This document shows, in pieces, positions 1 to 8,468 of a DNA stretch of 64,000 nucleotides; within the stretch, counting starts at the first letter, position 1; every line of letters starts with the position of its first letter. The notes under the pieces were generated by a model. That model was not told the DNA's origin and did no database searches. It saw nothing but the letters and a program-made list of their open reading frames with translations. Made by a program: the position numbers and the translations under genes. This stretch comes from Anaerolineales bacterium (GTDB taxonomy: Bacteria; Chloroflexota; Anaerolineae; Anaerolineales; UBA4823), in NCBI GenBank assembly GCA_003105035.1, contig PQAL01000037.1:133999-197998 (forward strand), given 5' to 3'.

Positions 1-132
1 ACGCTGGCAGAGCTGCCGGCATTCGATGGCCCCAAGGTCGTTTACGCCGATGGCTGCAAGATTGGGCTCGAACGGTTGCGAGAGCTGAACGTAACATTCA
101 AGCAAATTCCTTACCAGATCAAGGTGCGGTGA
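1..132 (+). CDS. mod: C-terminal end of type III R-M DNA methyltransferase (Mod), partial
   Basis: Frame 1 reads TLAELPAFDGPKVVYADGCKIGLERLRELNVTFKQIPYQIKVR*, a typical Mod C-terminus. The stop is 3 bp before the res start. Confidence 0.75.
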   Translation, partial: TLAELPAFDGPKVVYADGCKIGLERLRELNVTFKQIPYQIKVR

Positions 133-135
133 CCT

Positions 136-2763
136 ATGCTATCCCTCAAAGAATATCAACAGCGCGCCCTTGATAATCTACAGGCCTATTTTCGCCTCTC
201 TCTGCAGTTGGGTGACGCCGATACCGCTTTTTACCGCCTGACCCGCGAATCTTTTGGACACGGTATCCCCTATCAGCCGGTCGAAGGTCTCCCCGGGCTG
301 CCCTACGTCTGCCTGCGTATCCCCACCGGCGGTGGGAAGACGTTGGTAGCCAGCCACGCTATCGGTATCACCTCACACGACCTACTGCATACCGATCACG
401 CCCTGGTGCTCTGGCTGGCGCCATCAAACGTCATCCGCGATCAAACCCTGCGCGCCCTCTCAGACCCCAACCATCCCTACCGCCAGGCAGTAGAATCGCG
501 GGTGGGGCCTGTCACAGTGATGAACGTCAGCGATGCGCTGTACGTCCAGCCGGCTGTGCTCAACTCCAGCACGACCATCGTCGTCGGAACCATTCAGGCT
601 TTCCGGGTGGACAATACCGAAGGCCGCAAGGTGTACGAATCGTCCGGCGCGCTGATGAGCCACTTTACCGACCTCCCCACAGACTTGCAGGCCGGGCTGG
701 AAATGATAAATGGAGAGCCGAAGAAATCACTGGCGAACGTGCTCTACATGCGCCGCCCTATCGTCATCGTAGACGAAGCCCACAACGCCCGCACCCCGCT
801 TTCCTTCGAAACCCTAGCGCGCTTCCACCCCGCCTGCATCATCGAGTTCACCGCCACCCCAGCCACCCAAGACCATCCTTCCAATGTACTGCACTCCGCT
901 TCTGCTGCTGAATTGAAAGCGGAGGCGATGATCAAAATGCCCATTCGTCTAAAGGTACGCCCTCAGTGGAAGGAGCTGCTTTCGGACGCCATCGCCCAGC
1001 GCAACCGGCTGGAAGCCGCCGCTAGGCTGGAGCAGCGGCAGACCGGCGAGTACCTGCGCCCGATCGTGCTCTTACAGGCCCAACCTCGCAGCCAGAGCAA
1101 AGAGACGCTAACCGTAGAAGTCGTCCGACAGACGCTGCTCGACGATTTCAAGATCCCCGAAAGCCAGATCGCCCGCGCCACTGGTGACGTGGACGAAATC
1201 GGCGACACCGACCTCAGCCAACCGGACTGCCCCATACGTTACGTCATCACTGTCCAGGCGCTGCGCGAGGGCTGGGACTGCCCATTCGCCTACGTGCTTT
1301 GCTCAATTGCAGAGAGCAAATCCAGCACGGCGGTGGAGCAAATCCTGGGGCGCGTGCTGCGACTACCGAAAGCCACGCACAAAGAGATCGAACCCCTCAA
1401 CCTGGCTTACGCCTTTGCTACTTCAGAGAGTTTTGGTGTGGTGGCGAACCAATTGCGCGACAGCCTGGTGCAGAACGGCTTCGAACGCTACGAAGCTCAA
1501 ACGATGATCCAGACTCCACCCGAACAGATCGATTTACCGCTGTTTGGAGAAGGATCGGATTCTGCCTTGCCCGAACCGGCCACCATTGCCGTTCCTACTC
1601 CGCCAGCGTTAGAAGATATGCCCCTAGAAATCGGCGCGAAAGTTCAATACGACGTTACAACGCAGGCATTAGTGATCCGAGAGTGGCTTGAACCAGAGGA
1701 GGCTGCCTTACTGGTCGCCATGCTGCCCATCGCAGTTGTAGATACTGGCGTCCGGGCAGTCATCGACCGCGTTACCCGCCCGAATCCGCTACCGCCCACT
1801 GTATCTCCGGCTGAACGCGGCGAAGTACTGTATGTCCCGCAGCTTGTCCTGCGACGCGGCCAGCAGTTGGAGCTTTTCGAAGAAACTGCCTTCCTGGATT
1901 ATCCGTGGAATCTTTCCCAATGTGAAACCCTGCTGGCCGAAAGCGAATATTCCGGCCAGCGTCTGGGCGGAACCGAGATCGAGTACGACGTGACCGACAA
2001 GGGCAAGCTGAAAGAGCAATTCATCGAAGAGCTGCAGAACACCATGACGCTCTTTACTACCGATCAAGGCTGGACGCCGGCGGAGGTGGTCTACTGGCTC
2101 GACCACAACATCCCTCACACCGACGTTACCTTCCGTGAATCGAACGCTTTTCTCACCCGCCTGGTCATGTGCCTGATCGACGAGCGCAGCTTCACCCTAG
2201 ACCGGCTTGTCATGGACAAGTACCGCCTACGTGACGCTGTGGCAGCAAAGATTCAAGCGCACCGGCTCGAAGCACGCAAGCAAGCGTACAACCGATTCCT
2301 GCTGCCCGATTGTCAGACCCCACTGGAAGTGCATCCTGAAATTTGCTTCACCTATCCGCGCGACGCCTACCCCTACAACACGCTCTACCGCGGCGCGTAC
2401 CCATTCAAGAAGCACTATTATACCCAAGTCGGTGACCTGGAGGATCGGGGCGAAGAGTTCAATTGCGCTGTGTTCCTGGATAGCTTGTCAGATGTGAATG
2501 TCTGGGTGAGAAATCTTGAGCGCCGGCCCAATCACTCCTTCTGGCTGCAAACCTCCACGGATCGGTTCTATCCGGACTTCGTTTGTCTTCTGAATGACGG
2601 ACGCTACCTGGTGGTCGAATATAAGGGAGAAGACCGCTGGAGCAACGAGGATTCTAGGGAGAAACGGATCATTGGAGAGGTGTGGGCGAAAAGGAGCGAT
2701 GAGAAGTGCTTATTTGTGATGACGAAGGGACAGGAGTGGAATATTGTTAGGGAAGTTATATAA
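136..2763 (+). CDS. res: Type III restriction endonuclease Res subunit (SF2 helicase + PD-(D/E)XK nuclease)
   Basis: Walker A IPTGGGKT, DEAH box, LREGWDCP, QILGRVLR motif VI, C-terminal FYPDFV...VEYKG nuclease motif. Confidence 0.92.
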   Translation: MLSLKEYQQRALDNLQAYFRLSLQLGDADTAFYRLTRESFGHGIPYQPVEGLPGLPYVCLRIPTGGGKTLVASHAIGITSHDLLHTDHALVLWLAPSNVIRDQTLRALSDPNHPYRQAVESRVGPVTVMNVSDALYVQPAVLNSSTTIVVGTIQAFRVDNTEGRKVYESSGALMSHFTDLPTDLQAGLEMINGEPKKSLANVLYMRRPIVIVDEAHNARTPLSFETLARFHPACIIEFTATPATQDHPSNVLHSASAAELKAEAMIKMPIRLKVRPQWKELLSDAIAQRNRLEAAARLEQRQTGEYLRPIVLLQAQPRSQSKETLTVEVVRQTLLDDFKIPESQIARATGDVDEIGDTDLSQPDCPIRYVITVQALREGWDCPFAYVLCSIAESKSSTAVEQILGRVLRLPKATHKEIEPLNLAYAFATSESFGVVANQLRDSLVQNGFERYEAQTMIQTPPEQIDLPLFGEGSDSALPEPATIAVPTPPALEDMPLEIGAKVQYDVTTQALVIREWLEPEEAALLVAMLPIAVVDTGVRAVIDRVTRPNPLPPTVSPAERGEVLYVPQLVLRRGQQLELFEETAFLDYPWNLSQCETLLAESEYSGQRLGGTEIEYDVTDKGKLKEQFIEELQNTMTLFTTDQGWTPAEVVYWLDHNIPHTDVTFRESNAFLTRLVMCLIDERSFTLDRLVMDKYRLRDAVAAKIQAHRLEARKQAYNRFLLPDCQTPLEVHPEICFTYPRDAYPYNTLYRGAYPFKKHYYTQVGDLEDRGEEFNCAVFLDSLSDVNVWVRNLERRPNHSFWLQTSTDRFYPDFVCLLNDGRYLVVEYKGEDRWSNEDSREKRIIGEVWAKRSDEKCLFVMTKGQEWNIVREVI

Positions 2764-2885
2764 TTGGAAAACATAACAGGAATACTATTTCAACACATGC
2801 AAGCCCGAAAATTACTAGCGATAATGTACGTCAGGCTTGTTTGATAAGACGGTGTTTTTACTAGAGATAAGTTAAAGCCCTAAAT

Positions 2886-4853
2886 ATGAAACTTCAAGAG
2901 ACTCAGAATCGAATTAGAGACTTGCTATCATTATTTGTGACAATGATTAAAGCAGATACCGCTATGGGCAGGCAGGATTTGAATAAAATCGCGGAAAATT
3001 TGTTAATACCTATTTTCGCCCTAACTTTTGATTATCAATCTTTAGAGAATCTGAACTTTTCGGAGGGTGGAAATTTCCCTGCCATAGATCTCGGTGATAA
3101 GACGGCACGTGTTGCGGTTCAAGTAACAGCAACCACAGATAGCGAAAAAATAAAATATACGCTTTGTAAATTCGTTGAGTTCGAGCTCTATAAAGAATAT
3201 GACCGTTTGATTATCTATATCTTGAGTGAAAAGAAATCATATTCTGGTAAGGGTTTTGACGGAATTATTCAGGGTAAATTCACTTTCAACAAAGAACAAG
3301 ATATTTGGGATTACAGAGAGATCCTCACCAAAGTTGCTGAATTTCAGATTCAAAAAGCAGTACAAATCCTGGATATTTTGGAACAAAATATATCCAGTAG
3401 GGCAGGGAGAACTCCATATGACCACAGAAACACAATCTTTCTTAGCTCCTTACAGTTAGAGGAAGAAGATTTTGTTCGATGGTTAGCATTTAAGCTCATC
3501 TCAGCTGGATATTCTGTATGGTGCACCCCACTCAATAAAAAAGGCGGAGATGATCTTAATCAACAGACACAAGCAATTATTGAACGAACAACTGCTTTAT
3601 TTCTTTATATTGTTACGCCTAGGACGAACACTGATCCGGCATCGCTTGCAGAACTCCAAAAAGCCTATGACATTATGAGAAGGGATCAGCTGGATGGTTT
3701 CATCGTACCTTTGCTTCTAGATACATCATCGCTTAGCTCAATAAACATTCTTTTAAAAGGACTCCAACCGATTACTTTTTATGATAGTTGGGCTAAAGGA
3801 TTAAGCGATTTACTCAAGGTATTGGAAGAGCGCGATTTTCCGAAAGATGCATCGTTGTCACCAAATACTGCAAATATCCTGTGGCGACAGCAATTTGAAC
3901 CAGAGCGAGGAATAATAAGCAAAGAAGAGGAATATCTTTCTAACTGGTTCCCTATCACCCTCCCAGAATATATCTATTTTCATGAACTTCAGCGAAGTAG
4001 CACTGGTCCAATCGAAATAAGAAAAAACTTACCATTTCCTGGTTTTCAGCATAATATATACCTCGTTTCATTTGCAGAAGCAGATGATTTTCAAGGCCAA
4101 CTCGGAACATATATATCAATAAAATCTTCTAATCCTATTTCAATCACGAATTATCTAGATGAAGAATACGACCCGAAATTGGTAAATCCTGATCTCTCTT
4201 GGCGTTTTGTAATACAGTTATTGCAGCAAACGTGGGAGAGGTACATGTATCAAAAAGGATTAGGCATGTACCAGTTAGCAAACGGAAAGAATGCTTATTA
4301 TTTTCAAAGGGGTTTTAGTGAAAAGAGGATATCATTTATCGGGACAGATGGTAATATAACGAGCCGGGCATTATCTGGCTATAAAACAGTAAAGCTATCC
4401 ACCGAGGAGAAAGTTAAGAGATATTGGTTGTTCGGGATATCTGGGAAGCCAATACTGTACCCCTTTCACGCTTATGTGATTAAGGCACATGTTGTCTTCA
4501 GTGACGATGGGTACCAAATCTGGAAAAGTAAATCCAGGCTTCATCGAGCTCGAAGAAGTTGGTGTTCTGACTGGTGGAACGATGATTGGCGGGATCGATT
4601 GTTAGCAAGTCTATCATGGCTCAGCAACAACCAACCATCGTTACAATTGCCGGTTGCAAAAAACACTAATCTTGTCGTTGAACGTCATTCGGCTGATTTT
4701 CGAAGCCCTGTTACCTATAACGATCCTAATACTGATTTACCTCAGACTAAAAACGAAGTAAATGATGATCTTGATGAAGTGGAAGGAGAAGAATTCAATC
4801 TTGAAAACGATGATTCTTTATTGGACGACGAGGAAGAATTAGATGACGAATAA
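2886..4853 (+). CDS. SMEK-TIR-APAZ effector, partner of short prokaryotic Argonaute
   Basis: aa ~1-170 SMEK-like (AENLL..LENLN..NFPAIDLGDK..AVQVT). aa ~181-320 TIR (RNTIFLS..FVRWLAFKLISAGYSVWC..LAELQKA). C-terminal APAZ (EEYLSNWF..WWNDDWRDRLLA) with acidic tail. Overlaps the pAgo start by 11 bp. Confidence 0.88.
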   Translation: MKLQETQNRIRDLLSLFVTMIKADTAMGRQDLNKIAENLLIPIFALTFDYQSLENLNFSEGGNFPAIDLGDKTARVAVQVTATTDSEKIKYTLCKFVEFELYKEYDRLIIYILSEKKSYSGKGFDGIIQGKFTFNKEQDIWDYREILTKVAEFQIQKAVQILDILEQNISSRAGRTPYDHRNTIFLSSLQLEEEDFVRWLAFKLISAGYSVWCTPLNKKGGDDLNQQTQAIIERTTALFLYIVTPRTNTDPASLAELQKAYDIMRRDQLDGFIVPLLLDTSSLSSINILLKGLQPITFYDSWAKGLSDLLKVLEERDFPKDASLSPNTANILWRQQFEPERGIISKEEEYLSNWFPITLPEYIYFHELQRSSTGPIEIRKNLPFPGFQHNIYLVSFAEADDFQGQLGTYISIKSSNPISITNYLDEEYDPKLVNPDLSWRFVIQLLQQTWERYMYQKGLGMYQLANGKNAYYFQRGFSEKRISFIGTDGNITSRALSGYKTVKLSTEEKVKRYWLFGISGKPILYPFHAYVIKAHVVFSDDGYQIWKSKSRLHRARRSWCSDWWNDDWRDRLLASLSWLSNNQPSLQLPVAKNTNLVVERHSADFRSPVTYNDPNTDLPQTKNEVNDDLDEVEGEEFNLENDDSLLDDEEELDDE

Positions 4854-6363
4854 TCTCCTTTTTATTGAAGAGCCGAAGCTATTATTTGGGCATGGACAAA
4901 GTGTCGAAGATCCACGCGATGGCTTGATTCTTTTTGGCCCCTTGGAAAAAGGAAAACCATACGGAGTTCATTATGGAATCATTGGAACACAGGAAGGGAT
5001 AAGAAGGTTTAGAAGTTGGGCAGAACGTCTGAATCAACCCATTCATGATAGCAAGAAGAGTATTGCGAGGCCTCCTTTTTTAGGTTTCGAAACAATATTT
5101 GATACTCCCTGGTCATTAAGTCCTGACTTAGAGCTGGTAATACCGACTGAAGATTTATTCAAGGCAATTTATCTAGATGATAAATACCAAAGGGTTTATA
5201 AGACCGTTGAATTATATTCTTCACGAATTATCAGGGCAATAAGTGAAGAAGAAACTAAAGTTGATATATGGTTTGTTATAGTGCCTGATGAAGTCCATAA
5301 GTATTGCCGACCAAAATCTATTATTGATGTGACAAAACTAATGCAAGCTGACACAAAGATGGACCCAAAATATGCACGGAGTTTACGGACACAGCCCTCT
5401 CTACTTTTTCAAGACGATAATATCAACGCAATTCCATACCAGTATGAAGTGAATTTCCACAATCAGCTAAAAGCTAGGTTATTAGACAAACTCGTCCTAA
5501 CTCAGATTGTTCGAGAAAGCACAATTGCCCCGGGTGAGCTGCTGGATAGATTTGGACGTCCGGCTAGAGGCATGGATAAATTACAAGCATCTGCAGCGTG
5601 GAATATTTGCACCGCTGTATTTTACAAAATCGGTGGAAGACCCTGGAAAATAAGCGGAATACGTGAAGGAGTTTGCTATATTGGTTTAGTATTTAAAAAA
5701 ACGATGGATTCTTCAAACGCTGATAATGCATGTTGTGCTGCTCAAATGTTTTTAGATTCTGGTGATGGTATTGTTTTTAGAGGAGATGTTGGGCCTTGGT
5801 ACAATCCAGACAAAGGAGATTATCATCTGAAACGGAAGGCTGCTCATGAACTAATTGAAATCGCTGTAAATACTTACAAAAGATACTTCAATAAGCCCCC
5901 AGACGAATTATTTATTCATGGAAAAGTTGAATTTAACTCGGAAGAATGGCAGGGTTTTCAGGATGCGGCCGATGATAAGGATACAAACTTAGTCGGAGTA
6001 AAAATACAAGATAGCAACGAGATAAAACTCTTTCGAAAATCGGATCACCCTATCCTGAGAGGATTAGCTTACATTCGCAGTAAGCGGTCAGCATATTTAT
6101 GGACAAGAGGTTATATCCCACGTTTACAAACATATCCTGGTCTAGAAGTACCCAACCCTCTTTATATCAAAATCTGTAGAGGCCAAGCTGATATTGAAAT
6201 AGTACTTCAGGATATCCTTGCTCTTACAAAGTTAAATTACAATGCCTGTGTTTATGCGGATGGTGTTCCAGTTACGCTAAAATTTGCAGATGCAGTCGGT
6301 GAAATCTTAACAGCGGGGCCAATCAAAGGAGATGTACCTTTGCCTTTTCGTCACTATATTTAA
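4843..6363 (+). CDS. ago: Short prokaryotic Argonaute (MID-PIWI, catalytically inactive), SPARTA-type
   Basis: 506 aa. IEEPKLLFGHGQ..DPRDGLILFGP start, MID FHNQLKARLL / TQIVRESTI, YKIGGRPWK, CYIGLVFKK, ACCAAQMFLDSGDG, LTKLNYNAC..PVTLKFAD, C-terminal PLPFRHYI. No DEDX tetrad. Confidence 0.95.
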   Translation: MTNNLLFIEEPKLLFGHGQSVEDPRDGLILFGPLEKGKPYGVHYGIIGTQEGIRRFRSWAERLNQPIHDSKKSIARPPFLGFETIFDTPWSLSPDLELVIPTEDLFKAIYLDDKYQRVYKTVELYSSRIIRAISEEETKVDIWFVIVPDEVHKYCRPKSIIDVTKLMQADTKMDPKYARSLRTQPSLLFQDDNINAIPYQYEVNFHNQLKARLLDKLVLTQIVRESTIAPGELLDRFGRPARGMDKLQASAAWNICTAVFYKIGGRPWKISGIREGVCYIGLVFKKTMDSSNADNACCAAQMFLDSGDGIVFRGDVGPWYNPDKGDYHLKRKAAHELIEIAVNTYKRYFNKPPDELFIHGKVEFNSEEWQGFQDAADDKDTNLVGVKIQDSNEIKLFRKSDHPILRGLAYIRSKRSAYLWTRGYIPRLQTYPGLEVPNPLYIKICRGQADIEIVLQDILALTKLNYNACVYADGVPVTLKFADAVGEILTAGPIKGDVPLPFRHYI

Positions 6364-6580
6364 TATACAGAAACTCCAGCCGATGATTAAAATTATCTCC
6401 TATTATTAAACTTAAAATCAGACAGAGCAATGCTCCAAACAACTTTAAAAGTTCCACTGTTTAGTAGAATCTCCTGTCTTTTAGTGCCTTATCCTTAATG
6501 AATAATATCGCTTCCTTCACACTCATCAAGACTGATATCAAATATACATAACGTCAAGAGAAAATTTCTTTCTTCTCAAT

Positions 6581-6620
6581 CGGTTTACAAATTGTTATAA
6601 ATATGCTATAATGTAAACCG
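6581..6620 (+). promoter_or_regulatory. Sigma70-type promoter flanked by a 9-bp inverted repeat (probable XRE operator)
   Basis: TTTACA (6584-6589), 17 bp, TGn-TATAAT (6607-6612). CGGTTTACA / TGTAAACCG arms overlap both boxes. RBS AGGAGG at 6633-6638. Confidence 0.75.
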
Positions 6621-6643
6621 TAAGGACGCGAAAGGAGGCCGCG

Positions 6644-7696
6644 ATGACCATCGGTCAGCGCATTAAACAAGCTCGCAAGGCGAATGCTCTGAGCTTACGA
6701 AGATTGTCGGAAAAGGCTGAGATCAGCGCGATGGCAATCTCGAAGTATGAACGGGATCTGGATACGCCCAGTTCAGGTGTATTGCTACGCTTGGCGTCGG
6801 CACTCAGTGTCTCAATTGACACCTTTTTCCGTCCACAGACGATATCGGTTCAGCTCCAAGCCTATCGCAAACATGCTGCATTGGGTGTGAAAGAGCAAGA
6901 AGCTGTCCAAATGCGGATCCAAGAATGGTTGGAAAGATATTTGGAAGTCGAAAGCTTTTTCCCAAATGAAGGACGGGCGATTTCTCTGCCAATATATTCG
7001 ATACACTCGATAGAACAGGTGGAAGATGTTGCCTTAGAACTGCGCGGAAACTGGAATCTGGGCTTAGATCCAATAGAGAACCTTACCCAACTGCTTGAAG
7101 ATCAGGGAATCAAAGTTGGAATAGTCCCTGGATTTGAGCATTTCGATGCCAGTACGTTTTTAGCAAACGGAGCTCCTGTAATTGTCTCAAAGGCTGAGTT
7201 ACCCGGTGACCGGCAACGTTTCAATTTGTGTCACGAATTAGGCCACCTGATCTTGAACGTCAATGAAACGCTTGATCCAGAAGCTGTCTGCCATCGGTTT
7301 GTTGGGGCCTTTATTGCCCCAGCACAGGCAGTCCGCTTCGAGTTGGGTGCCCGACGCACTATGCTAGACATAAATGAGCTACTTCTGCTCAAACATAAGT
7401 ATGGACTTAGCATGCAAGCATGGATTTTCCGGGCAAGAGACTTAGGAATCATCTCGGAGAGTATAGCTGCACGACTTTTCCACCATTTTCGAGCAAATGG
7501 CTGGCACCGGCGTGAGCCTGGTGAGCCAATACCCAGTGAAAAGCCCTTACGTATGGAGCGATTGATATTTCGCGCCTTAGCCGAAGATTTGATATCACAC
7601 TCCAAAGCACAAGAGTTGCTTGGTGAGCCCTTACAAATGCCCTGGGTGATGGAGGCAATGCAACAGGATGACGTTGCAGTCGGTTCTGGTCACTGA
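6644..7696 (+). CDS. XRE-family HTH fused to ImmA/IrrE (M78) metallopeptidase
   Basis: N-terminal IGQRIKQARK..ISKYERD HTH, and RQRFNLCHELGH HExxH motif. Confidence 0.9.
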   Translation: MTIGQRIKQARKANALSLRRLSEKAEISAMAISKYERDLDTPSSGVLLRLASALSVSIDTFFRPQTISVQLQAYRKHAALGVKEQEAVQMRIQEWLERYLEVESFFPNEGRAISLPIYSIHSIEQVEDVALELRGNWNLGLDPIENLTQLLEDQGIKVGIVPGFEHFDASTFLANGAPVIVSKAELPGDRQRFNLCHELGHLILNVNETLDPEAVCHRFVGAFIAPAQAVRFELGARRTMLDINELLLLKHKYGLSMQAWIFRARDLGIISESIAARLFHHFRANGWHRREPGEPIPSEKPLRMERLIFRALAEDLISHSKAQELLGEPLQMPWVMEAMQQDDVAVGSGH

Positions 7697-8162
7697 CACA
7701 AATATCTGGGTTGACCTTGAAAATGGCGGCGTTCTGGTCGAGGTCTTCCAACTGCCCTATCAGTTTTTGATACCTGACTTTGCAATTTCCGAGCTTCTTC
7801 ATCCAAGGTGGGAGACTCTGGAAGTATTAGGTCTTCGAGCACACGAACTACCAGGTGAAGAAGTAATTGAGCTATTCCAATTAAGACAGGTCCATAAAAA
7901 CCTCTCAATTATTGATTTGTCAGCTTACTTACTTGCTAAAATGCTGGATGCAACACTCCTGACCGGTGACTGGCACATTAGCGAATTAGCCATTGCCAGC
8001 GGTCTTTCAGTGCACGGTGTCCTCTGGTTATTGGATGAGATGGTACATTTCAAGGCTCTTACACCAACGCAAGCCGTTACGGCCCTCAAACGGATGCTCA
8101 AATTAGGTGCAAGACTACCTGCCGAGGAATGTAATATCCGATTAACGAGATGGTCGATATGA
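7668..8162 (+). CDS. PIN-domain protein (putative toxin RNase)
   Basis: VLVTDTNIWVDL, LSIIDLSAYLLA..LLTGD acidic PIN motifs. Overlaps the upstream gene. Confidence 0.8.
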   Translation: MTLQSVLVTDTNIWVDLENGGVLVEVFQLPYQFLIPDFAISELLHPRWETLEVLGLRAHELPGEEVIELFQLRQVHKNLSIIDLSAYLLAKMLDATLLTGDWHISELAIASGLSVHGVLWLLDEMVHFKALTPTQAVTALKRMLKLGARLPAEECNIRLTRWSI

Positions 8163-8180
8163 CCAAAGGAGGTGATGAAA

Positions 8181-8378
8181 ATGAGCAAAGCCAAAACGCC
8201 AACTTACAGGCCAGGCCAGAAAGCTCCGGAATCGGGGCAATATGGCGTCATTGGACCTAAGGGCGGTAAAACCGGCAATGAGGTGACGGTATCGAAAGGT
8301 GAGACGTTACCGCCTACTCCGAAACCTGGTCAGACCTTCGTGCTGGTAGACAAAACCAAGCACAAGCGTGACGATTAG
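8181..8378 (+). CDS. YjzC-family small protein
   Basis: YRPGQKAPESGQY..GPKGG..EVTVSKGETLPPTPKPGQTFVLVDKTKH pattern. Strong RBS AGGAGGTG at 8167-8174. Confidence 0.8.
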   Translation: MSKAKTPTYRPGQKAPESGQYGVIGPKGGKTGNEVTVSKGETLPPTPKPGQTFVLVDKTKHKRDD

Positions 8379-8400
8379 GTACTATAGAGGGCAAAATCAA

Positions 8401-8433
8401 GCTACCCCTGCAAATAACAGGCCGGGGTAGTTT
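8401..8433. terminator. Hairpin between convergent yjzC and recombinase genes
   Basis: GCTACCCC...GGGGTAGT stem followed by T residues. Confidence 0.45.
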
Positions 8434-8468
8434 GCGTTAATACGAAAGCTATAATGTTTCAAGGGGAT

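Noticed and set aside
4843-6363. Catalytically active (slicer) long Argonaute
   Set aside because: No N/PAZ domains, and the PIWI tetrad positions are substituted (GLVFKK, FIHGK). It is a short inactive pAgo.
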